Positions 11,304-23,300 of a stretch of 64,000 nucleotides of DNA are shown here, in pieces. The notes beneath the pieces were generated by a model. That model saw only the letters and a program-made list of their open reading frames with translations. It had not been told where the DNA came from and made no database searches. The DNA is taken from positions 21,204,001 to 21,268,000 of the forward strand of contig NW_025963791.1 of assembly GCF_023055435.1 (NCBI RefSeq). The letters are read 5' to 3'. How positions within the stretch are numbered: the first letter of the stretch is position 1; the number at the start of each line of letters is the position of its first letter. The stretch is from Haliotis rufescens. Lineage: Eukaryota. Position numbers and translations under genes: made by a program.

Positions 11304-14300
11304 CTGAAATGTGGATTGTAACATGCATCATACAATCATCATAACATCAGTCTTCGTAAATAATGTTTGTTCGATACCTGTGGACTACTAAATAGTTCTG
11401 AGCAATTGTACAAATCCAATGATGGTAGTCCTCATAGGCTAGCAGTATGTGAGGGTCATGAAATTGAACCAGTTCTGAGTGCTTCGAGCAGAAAATATAT
11501 ACATAGCAAACATTTTTGTCTTGTTCAAGCAGGACAAGCTACAAAAAACAACTAATTTTCAAACTCTATAAAGTTTCCACTTAAAAAAATAATTTTAAAG
11601 GCAGAACATGCCAACATGCAAAAAATATGGGTGATGTAGGTGGTGATGTAGGTGGGTGTCATGAAAAAATGACACAGAGAAAGAGGGTCTGGGGGGTCAC
11701 AAGATTATTATATATTTTAACGTTATTAAGGGACTGGTATATTATTGTAGGGAGGTGGAAGTACANNNNNNNNNNNNNNNNNNNNNNNNNNNNNNNNNNN
11801 NNNNNNNNNNNNNNNNNNNNNNNNNNNNNNNNNNNNNNNNNNNNNNNNNNNNNNNNNNNNNNNNNNNNNNNNNNNNNNNNNNNNNNNNNNNNNNNNNNNN
11901 NNNNNNNNNNNNNNNNNNNNNNNNNNNNNNNNNNNATGAAGAAGTGTTAAATAAAATTGGGTTGGTGGTCAGCAAAATATCATACAGTCCTAACACCAAT
12001 CCCACATGTTCTTCCCACCCCCCACCTCCCTAAAAAAAAATCATATTTGACAACATGCACTGTATGCTGCCCATGATGCATTACCGTGGTGGTCAGTGCC
12101 TGGTATGGAGAACACAGCTTGCCAAATCTGGACGTCGTGCCTCGGTTGATCTCGCCGAACACAGTCCGGCGCTCCTGGCGGTCTAGCTTCTTACGGGCAA
12201 ACTCCTTCTCTACCTTCACCCCAAGGAATGTCTACAAGAGAGAACTGACATATGTAAATATCTTCTCCCAATTACAGTTTAATTGACACATAAAGGTTGA
12301 AACAATGAGTGCATTAACTTTTCGATATTTGCAAATGTGCGTTTTAGCAATTGTCCATGCTGATTGTCCATTTGCACTAGGATAACACCCTGCTCCATCC
12401 ATCTTCCGGGGCCTGATTGTGTTTCTAGGTTTGTCAGCACCATACCTGTGCTCATTGGTTTCACAAAGTGGTAAACATCTGAGATCTGAATCACTTCGCG
12501 CTTTCCTCCCACATTAAGCGGACACATTGTGATATAACTGGCATACTGTTCAAAGCAGTGTTAAACCCAACTCACTCACTCATCTTCCAGAGGCAAGGGG
12601 GATAACTGACTATAAAAGTCAACTTTCCACTGGACTACAGTCAGTTACCTCCCTTACCTCAGGAAGATGTCCTCCATTGTTCAGAACAATACAATAGGAT
12701 GTCCTCCATTATTCAGAACAATACAATAGGATGTCATCCATTGTTAAGAACAATACAATAGGATGTCCTCCATTGTTCAGAACAATACAATAGGATGTCC
12801 TCCATTGTTAAGAACAATACAATAGGATGTCCTCCATTGTTAAGAACAATACAATAGGATGTCCTCCATTGTTCAGAACAATACAATAGGATGTCCTCCA
12901 TTGTTCAGAACAATACAATAGGATGTCCTCCATTGTTCAGAACAATACAATAGGACATGGGTATGACAATGAGTAATAAACAGAAGAAACTATTACAAAA
13001 TATGAAATTATGGATTATCTGTCCACCAGGAATTACTACTGTAGGTACCTTACGCTGTAATTATCAGAATACTATCTGACATATCTCTTATACAGCTGAA
13101 AAATACAAAATGATCAATAACATGTACAGCAACTGCAAAATCTTAAAAGCAATAAATAAAAATCAGACCATTTTAATAGTAAAAAAGCACAAAATTCTCA
13201 AGAGTGCAGTGCAATGTGAAAACATTTCTGGCCTTTAAACAATTAAAAGCAATCTATTGGGGGGATACTGTACCTTAGAAGGGTCTGTTCTCTCAAACCC
13301 GAACGCGAATGTCTGTGACCGATACTTCAACTTGGCATCTCGGGGGAATTCACTGCTGACAGACTTGGCAGGACGGACAACTACAGACATAGGCCGTGCC
13401 TGTGAAAGTGTGATTGTGACAGAAATGTGCTGGTATGAGAAACGTGGTACAGAAAACAGACGTGGTGTAGTGCAGAGTTACAGGTCTTCATTCCAGGCTC
13501 TAATATACCGTATTCGACGTAATAAGCGCCCCGCTCTAATAAGCGCCCACGACAATATTTACTAATATATTGGTTAGTGAACAATCCCAATTACCAGCCC
13601 TTCCGATTGATCAATGTACACAAGACTTATTGATTCGTGTATGATAAGCACCCTAAATTATGGGCCATTAAATTCTCGAAAATATGTCTATCGTGTATAA
13701 TACGCACAGATTCTTCTTTTATATCATTTCAGGCTGTGAGCATAAACCACAAAATTTACAATCTTTCAACTCTGTTTTTTATCTCACCAAAATTATATTC
13801 TAATAAGAGCCCCTTATTTCTAATTTTGAGAGCGCCCTGGGTGCTTATTAGGGCGAATACGGTAGTTACCTTAAAATTTATTTGTATTTGGACCTGGATC
13901 CCACTATAGGATCATTTATCAATTACTCAAATTTTGATATTTTGAAAAATTTCAAAGCAGTTAGTAAGTCTTGTATTGAATGATTTTATCTTTTAACTCA
14001 CAGCAAATTTCCCCGATGGAATTTTGTGTGCAATTTGAAATTATTAACAGTGCAATATTTTATATTTTCCTCTATATACATAAACTTGCCCATAAACAAT
14101 ATTCATTAAAAATCTTTAATTTTGCGTGACTCATCAATTTGAAAGGTGGTGCTACTACATATATCAGTAAATTCAGTAACTATTCTGTAACGTGAGACTT
14201 GTTTGTTTCAAAGGTTGTGTTTTTATGTCATTTAATTTTGAATAGGCAATAATGACCTACAGTACATATTTGTGAGATCGTGCAACTAATGCACTTGATC

Positions 14301-17300
14301 TCTTCTGGCACTGTCAGTGTACAAGAGCAGGAGGACTACAAGAAGGGAAAGGGTCTCTTTGCCTCACAAGGATTGCCCAATTTGTAAACCTAAATACACG
14401 TTCACATGAAATAGAATGAGACTTGCATGTTATAGTCTGATAATGATACAAAATACACAGGTGAGGCTTAATGGGGGAAACATGGTAGAGTATTTTCAAT
14501 GAAGTTTTATTCTGCAGAAACTGATTTTTATTTGTCATCAAACTTTGTAAACCCCTAATGTTTCCAAGATGATCCCCTCCAAAACTTATCGAGAACATTT
14601 TAGATTCAAATCTTCAAAAAATGGTTCCTCGCAATGCGTACACATTCATGAAATAAACATGATTTTTAACATTTTGATTTTATCATTTGCCTTGAAAAAC
14701 AGTTTGTTCTTGACCCTGTAGTATAGCATATTGTTATTGTCTTCATCATTCTTAAAATCAAAATGCCATACACAGATATAATTTGTAAAATCAAATCAAA
14801 AGAGTGAAACAGAACTTATGGCAGGTTCAATAAATACACAGAAAAAAATGAATTGACAGACAATTTAATACCCCCTCATAGTCAAACATCAGTGATCCAT
14901 GAACACAATACAGTAAATGATGAAGTTAATGCGAGCAAGAAATTAATGCAAGCACTGCTCGCATTAATAACGTGACACATTTATATGTGGACATATTGGA
15001 TTTGCCACGCCACATTCACTGCACATGCTGGGCACAATCACATTAAAAAGCTCCCATAAGTATAAAAAAAAAAATGCCAGAGAATAATCGATCTCAATTA
15101 TCTGTCGAATTGATTCGTAAAAGGCAAAAATCACAGTGTAAACAAAATGACTGGATCACTGGAAACCAGTGATGACACCAGGTGTTTGCAAAAAGGGTAA
15201 GCATGTCCTGTCCTATATGTAGCCCCTGGAAAGTGTAAACAATGTCATTGAAAGCTAATTAATTAATAAATAATGTCATCAAGAGCTTGATCGGGGTAGA
15301 GATAGGAAGTGCTACTCCCATTCATCTCATGACCAATTTTAGGCTAGGGGTTGGCACTCCCATTCATTTCATGCCCAATTTTAGGATGGGGGTTGGCACT
15401 CCCATTAATTTCATGACCAATTTTAGGCTAGGGGTTGGCACTCCCATTCATTTCATGACCAATTTTAGGCTAGGGGTTGGCACTCCCATTCATTTCATGA
15501 CCAATTTTAGGGCAGGGGTTGGCACTCCCCTTCATTTGGTTAAGCACTAATTTCATGATTTACAATTTTGCTGTGAGTTCAAACTACAACATTTTGAATC
15601 TTGTGCCAGACAGACTCGTGAAGGAAGAAAACACAAACCCACTTCTAGTTTGGTCTTTGATTCAGGCTTGTCAGTCTCATCTTGCTGTTCCTCCTCAGCA
15701 GTTGTCTCCTCTTTGTCCTCTCCTCTCTCCAGTTCTTCCTCCACATCACTGTCCTCCCGAGGCGTAGAGGTCGTTGAGGTTTTCTTGGGGGCCTCCGTCC
15801 CCTCAGTGTTGGATTCATCTGTTAACATGCAATCTACATCAGATGTTCTCCAGTTATGTCCCCTCTAAGCCTCTCTCATGACCAATGAGACTCCACCTCT
15901 CATATCATTTGCGTTTGCTTCACCCAAAATGGTTGCGCCCAGTCAGGGCGATCTGATCGATAATCAAGATCTATATTGTGATAAAAAGGGTCTTACATCG
16001 CGAAATGCATCAAATCACGTGAGCACCTTGATTAAAAACATGAAAAGATTTGGAAAATATCTGCTGACATCGAGTTGGCGGTGCACATGCTTTGCAAATC
16101 CTGCAATTGACCGAAATCTGCACGACAGTTTTGGAACCGGATTTGGATTTCTGTGCCCGATTTTGATTGGACTATGCATGGACTCGTTAGTCCAGCCAAA
16201 ATGTAACTCCATAATACCAGCCTAGTTCGACAAGGGTGGAAACTGGACTTTTATAGTCAGTTAACTCACTTGCCTCGGGAAGATGCACGTCACTATATAA
16301 GTGCAGTAATTATTGGCGCAATGATAACCCTATTTCACCTCACCCTACCCTCTAATAATCAATTTACTGTGGATTTATCCAAAAACATCACCATTGAGTC
16401 AACAACTGTACATCAAAAGAGTGGATTAAAATTATAGCTCTTGTGGTAGTGACTGCTCATACAGTTTCGCTTTTAGTCCATGTCTCTTGAAGTGAATGTC
16501 CACTATGGACGGTTTCATAACAAGTGACATCTTGACGCAAAAAGCAATTAATTCCCAAATAACAAAAATGCTGGAGTAATAAGCTGATTATCACAGCTCT
16601 AGGTTAATTACCTTTCTCTTCATCATCCATGTTGAAAGGTGTCTTCGGGTGGGCCCATGTGGAGGCATCGTTCAGATCCCATGGGAATTTCTATGTGGGT
16701 AATAGAGAAGTCAAGAGTTACCTCCCTTCTCTTAGAATTTCAATTGACATTTTCAATTGTTGTTCATAAGTTTTTGTAGCCTTGCCATAATGATTGAACT
16801 GTGCCATTGATACTGTGATACAAGTTTTTTTGTTTGTTTGTTTTTTAATGCCGCAGTCAGCAATATTCCAGCTATATGATGGTGGTCTGTAAATAATCAT
16901 GTCTGGACCAGACAATTCTGTGATTGACATCATGAGTATCGATCTACGCAATTGGGACATGATGACATGATATTTTGATGATTTTCATATCAATACATGG
17001 GCATCTAGTTCTAGTGTTGGGTGATCTTTCTTTGCACCCATATTACTAATGTAAATTGGTAAATAATTGAAACTTAGCCAGCATGTAATAATATTAAGTG
17101 CACATATAGAGCAAAAGAGGCTATAATGTAGGGCTGGGCTGGTTAGTAAATGGATACCCAGGTACCCTGGACTGTATCATTATTCCCTGACCCTGGGGTA
17201 TCTATGAACAAAGTGGGCTGTATGACTGTACATGGTTTCTAGTTTGGCCCTAGACCAGGTCTTAACAGTCAGTTTAAACCAGTCTGGTATATTCAAAACT

Positions 17301-20300
17301 TTTTGAATGAAAAACAAAGTCTAACCAACCAATATAAGTTGAAAAATATAAACCTACCATGGGGGTATTTTAACAATGGTTTAAGTGTTTGTGTCACATT
17401 TCTTCATCATTGAAATTTGCTAACAATCTGTATAGGCCTATGTAATATTTTGCTGATTGCAAAAATAATTAAATGAAACAAAGTCACACAGGTACACACA
17501 CCGAACATGTTACCTTTATCACCAATCATAATATTTTTTGGTTGGTTGAAAGATAAAACAATAAAATAAAAATGTCAACAGTGCACTTGTTCAAGAACGT
17601 TTTGACTGCAGATGCATTATTTCGTTTGTTATAATTTAGGTCACGTGACCATGGGTCGGGGTAGTTGAAACAGGACCCAGGTAGAGGATATAGGAGAACC
17701 AACCCAGGTTATCAGGACATACACCTGTCTCCCACTGCAATCATGTCCGGCAGGGAATACACCAGTGGTCTACAAACACCTGGCATTTCCAAATTGACAG
17801 TCTAAGAGGCTCAGCACTTGGAGCTTGTAGAAACGTCTCCTACCTGACCGAAGGTCCCTACGTAGTAGCCCTCCATTGTCCAGAGGCGGGCAGTCTTGTC
17901 AGTGGAGGCACTGAGGATGAAGCCCCGGCTATCGTGTTCCAGGTACTCCACACTGACCACTGCTGCATCATGGGCCTTGAATGCTGCTTCCAGGGGCGGC
18001 CGTGTCCTGACTCGCTGTGGATGGCAGGGAGACTGGTGAGGGGCGTGGATCAATGTACAGGTCGACCACAGAATTGTCACACATGCATTCAACGTGGATA
18101 AAATGTCCTCCAACATATAAATATCAAACACCAGTCAGTCTTTTCCTAACAATCTTCATCGACAATTAGATAAACCTTTGCTCAGAAATGAATGTATGTT
18201 TTAACACCATACTCAAATGTCTAGTGTATGCTTTGACACCATACTTACATGTACAGTGTATGTTTTAACACCATACTCATATGTCTAGTGTATGTTTTGA
18301 CACCATACTCACATGTCCAGTGTATGTTTTAACACCATACTCACATGTCTAGTGTATGTTTTGACACCATACTCACATGTCTAGTGTATGTTTTGACACC
18401 ATACTCACATGTCTAGTGTCTTTTTTGACACCATACTCACATGTCTAGTGTATGTTTTAACACCATACTCATATGTCCAGTGTATGTTTTGACACCATAC
18501 TCACATGTCCAGTGTATGTTTTGACACCATACTCACATGTCTAGTGTATGTTTTGACACCATACTCACATGTCTAGTGTCTTTTTTGACACCATACTCAC
18601 ATGTCTAGTGTATGTTTTAACACCATACTCACATGTCCAGTGTATGTTTTGACACCATACTCACATGTCCAGTGTATGTTTTGACACCATACTCACATGT
18701 CTAGTGTATGTTTTGACACCATACTCACATGTCTAGTGTATGTTTTAACACCAAAATCACATGTCCAGTGTATGTTTTGACACCATACTCACATGTCCAG
18801 TGTATGTTTTGACACCATACTCATATGTCTAGTGTATGTTTTAACACCATACTCACATATCCAGTGTATGTTTTGACACCATACTCACATGTCTAGTGTA
18901 TGTTTTGACACCATACTCACATGTCCAGTGTATGTTCTTACACCATACTCACATGTCAAGTGTATGTTTTGACACCATACTCACATGTCTAGTGTATGTT
19001 TTGACACCATTCTCACATGTCCAGTGTATGTTTTGACACCATTCTCACATGTCCAGTGTATGTTTTGACACCATTCTCACATGTCCAGTGTATGTTTTAA
19101 CACCATACTCACATGTCTAGTGTATGTTTTGACACCATTCTCACATGTCCAGTGTATGTTTTGACACCATGCTCACATGACCAGTGTATGTTTTGACACC
19201 ATTCTCACATGTCCAGTGTATGTTTTGACACCATTCTCACATGTCCAGTGTATGTTTTAACACCATACTCACATGTCTAGTGTATGTTTTGACACCATTC
19301 TCACATGTCCAGTGTATGTTTTGACACCATTCTCACATGTCCAGTGTATGTTTTGACACCATTCTCACATGTCTAGTGTATGTTTTGACACCATTCTCAC
19401 ATGTCCAGTGTATGTTTTAACACCATACTCACATGTCTAGTGTATGTTTTGACACCATGCTCACATGTCTAGTGTATGTTTTGACACCATGCTCACATGA
19501 CCAGTGTATGTTTTGACACCATTCTCACATGTCCAGTGTATGTTTTGACACCATTCTCACATGTCCAGTGTATGTTTTAACACCATACTCACATGTCTAG
19601 TGTATGTTTTGACACCATTCTCACATGTCCAGTGTATGTTTTGACACCATTCTCACATGTCCAGTGTATGTTTTGACACCATACGCACATTTCGAGTGTA
19701 TATTTTGTCACTGTACTCACATGTCTAGTGTCTGGCATGACACAGTACCTACAAGTGTGGGGTCTGGCTTGACACAGTACTTACATGTCTCCGGTCTGGC
19801 TTGACACAGTACTTACGTGTCTTGGGTCTGGCTTAACACAGTACTTACATGTCTCGGGTCTAGCTTGACACAGTACTTACATGTCTCGGGTCTAGCTTGA
19901 CACAATACTTACATGTCTTGGGTCTGGCTTGACACAGTACTTACATGTCTCGGGTCTGGCTTGACACAGTAGTCCGAGGTGTCCCACACCTTGATATTCC
20001 CGGCTGTATCCCCTGTAATCACGGCTGTGTTCCTTGGTTTTGAACACATGGCTAACACGGAGTCATCCACACTGTCTGTTGCACTGAAGAAACCTGGAGA
20101 AGAAGAAGAGCAGTTTCTGCTGAAGGGCCATCGCAGGTATGTCCAGTAGTGGCTGTAGCGGCCATCTTTCAAAATGGCAACCACGGCGACTAATAGTTAT
20201 CAAGCTACAACAAGTCAATCTGATGCAGATTAAATACCATTTCTCTATTCATTTGGAACAATACTTTCAGTCGACCTCAATCACACCGGGATTTTCACTG

Positions 20301-23300
20301 TAAAACGATGAAGATCAAACAAGCGAATACATAATAAACGGGACATTATTTTCTCTTTTCTTATCAAATGAAACATTTATCTCATGGAGTGATAGAGTCT
20401 CCTTTGTCAGCCGTTGTCAGCCATTGTCACAAGATGAGATAAATATGTTACATGACAGAACAGACAAATATGCTCGATATAAAGTCATCAACAGTTACTA
20501 CTGCACCTAGCTCTGATTTCGGGGTGTAGATATTCCACCAATGAAGCACCCCCCCTTCACTGGACACCACCACGGCACTCTCCGTGAACCTGATGGCAGC
20601 CCGGTCTCGCAGGAACATCACCTTGTCCACTGGAACCGGCTCACTGGACACACAAACAAGAACAGACCCAGATGTAGGGCAGTAAACATCATCGTACACT
20701 TTTACTCTGAACATCTCAACTTGTCTGCAGCGTCATGCATAGCCTTCATAAATCATTGTAAAGTAGGATGGCAAGGCTGGACTTGACAGTGCAGGAACAG
20801 GGCCGGAACAAGGGTGTCACCCTTATATGGAAGCAGATCGATTATGGGGGATGCATATTTCAGTTAAGTACAGGATGACTTTGACTCCATGACCTTCGGT
20901 AAAAGTCAATCAGCTGTAATTTGTTTGTTGTTTACTGCAGCAGTAGGCAATATTCCAACTATATGACAACAGCCTGAAAATAATGGAGTCTAGACCAGAC
21001 AAACCTATGATTAATATTATAAGCAATGATCCACACCATTGATATGCTATCAATCACATTGCTGGGCCTGACCATCCAAGCCATTCATATGCCTCATGAG
21101 ACAAGCAAAGGTTTATTTGGGCCAATTTGAACCTGGAATCCCCACAATGGCAGCTGTATTGGGAAAACAACTCTGAGCATGACATCTATTTTGTACTGAA
21201 ACAAAAATTGAGGGAACACACACAGACACACACACACAGACGCACGCACGCACACACAGAAACACNNNNNNNNNNNNNNNNNNNNNNNNNNNNNNNNNNN
21301 NNNNNNNNNNNNNNNNNNNNNNNNNNNNNNNNNNNNNNNNNNNNNNNNNNNNNNNNNNNNNNNNNNNNNNNNNNNNNNNNNNNNNNNNNNNNNNNNNNNN
21401 NNNNNNNNNNNNNNNNNNNNNNNNNNNNNNNNNNNNNNNNNNNNNNNNNNNNNNNNNNNNNNNNNNNNNNNNNATTTGTGCAAGGAGCAGCATCCCCCCT
21501 TCTAACTTCCATGTCCTTCCTACAGTTATTGATCATGTATCATCAGTAAACATGAGCTGCTTCATTTACCCTTTCTGGACTCGATGCTTTTTCTTGTGCC
21601 TAGAATTAGGTCGTTCATTTTTCAAAGAAGCTGTTAAATCTTCTATTTTCCTATTTCTGCAATGGAAATAAAAGTACATATTACAGACCTGGATGTAAGG
21701 TATCAGCACCATCACTTTCACTCTAAACATCTCAACTTGTCTGCAGCATCACGCATCACCTTCATAAATCATTTTAAAGTAGGATGGCTTGACAAAAGAA
21801 TCTCTTAGAGGATGTAAAAAAAATTCAGCAGACAAAAAACATTTATCTACAAAGGTGACAAAAAAAAGAAGAAGATTTTTCCCTGTCACTTACAAATTTG
21901 TTTGTTGTCCTTTCCGTAGTCTTATAAACATTTTTTCTGTTTCCAAATCCCATACAATAATTTCCCCATCAAATCCTGCTGTTGCAACAAAGTTCGGTGG
22001 GCAGAAGTCGATGGAGAGAATGTCATCTTTGTGGAGTTGTCCCCCTTTCCAGTCTTGGTTGGCAGTGATGTACATGTTCTGGAACACCACAAAGTACCAT
22101 TGCATGTTCATATTCTGTTCTGACAGGTTTCATGCTTGCCGTAAAAGGCGACTAGCGGGATAGGGTGGTCAGGCTCGCTGACTTGGTTGATGCATGTCAT
22201 CGATCCCAATTGCGTGGATCGATACCTAAGATGTCAATCACTGGATTTATCTGGTCCAGACTCGATTATTTACAGACCGACGTCATATAGCTGGAATATT
22301 GCTGAGTGCAGCGTAAAAGAACCAACCAACCAGCCATCTGACAGGTTTGTTTGTTATGACTTTATTACTTAGCAATATGGCAGCGGCCAGTGAATAATTG
22401 AGTCTGGACCAGACAATCCAGTGATTGATATTATGAACAACGTCCCACGCAACAGGACACGCAATAAGCCAGGTCACCAACCATGACCACCTGATCTAAG
22501 TTGCCTCTTACGAGAGTCACAGGTTGCTTGGGACCAAGCCAGAGAAGAGATGGTCATGTCATGATAATACTACCTAAAGGTGACTTACAAAGTACAGCAG
22601 AGTACAACAAAGAAATAATAGTATCGTTGGATTATAGATTTTCGGACATCATATGTTTTTGGACGGCCATGGTTATCGCGATTACTCGCGCTATAATTAG
22701 GGGTGTGGTGTCACACAGACACTGTAAATACTTAAATGATGACCTGTTTTTAAAATAAAGTCGTCTTTAAGATGTCAGTGAGATGTTTTACAGCTATTCT
22801 TGTAATTAAAAAGAAAATTACAAATGTTTCTTAAGAGTCCGAAAGTGAAAATAACTTTCTCAAGGGCTACAATGCTCCAGAGTATTTGCTAAAATACACA
22901 ATCACCATAGCACAATTAATTTTGTATTTCTTGCATACAACTATGCATTTAACATTTTAAAAACCAATAGCCATACAACTGAATGTAGCTGTTTCAGCCT
23001 GTATACACTATGTCTTTACAGATCTTTATTTACATATTGAATGCAGGTATAATGTATCCATGACCTATAGTGCAGTGAATAACGTACACAAGTACCTCTT
23101 GCTTACTGTAACTGATGGTTCTGTCCCTGTGTACTCACGTCCTGGTCTGAGTCGTCGTAGATGGTGAGCAGTCTGCTCCAACCCACTGACAGGATCATCT
23201 TCTTGTCCCGGACTGGCAGGATCCCGGTGACCTCGGCCTCTGCTGCAGCCTCCAGCTTGTGCAGGTTATGGCCATTCTGGAAGTTCCAGACCTACAACAT

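Noticed and set aside
11627-12033. ORFs containing X runs (also 21094-21549)
   Set aside because: They span assembly gaps.
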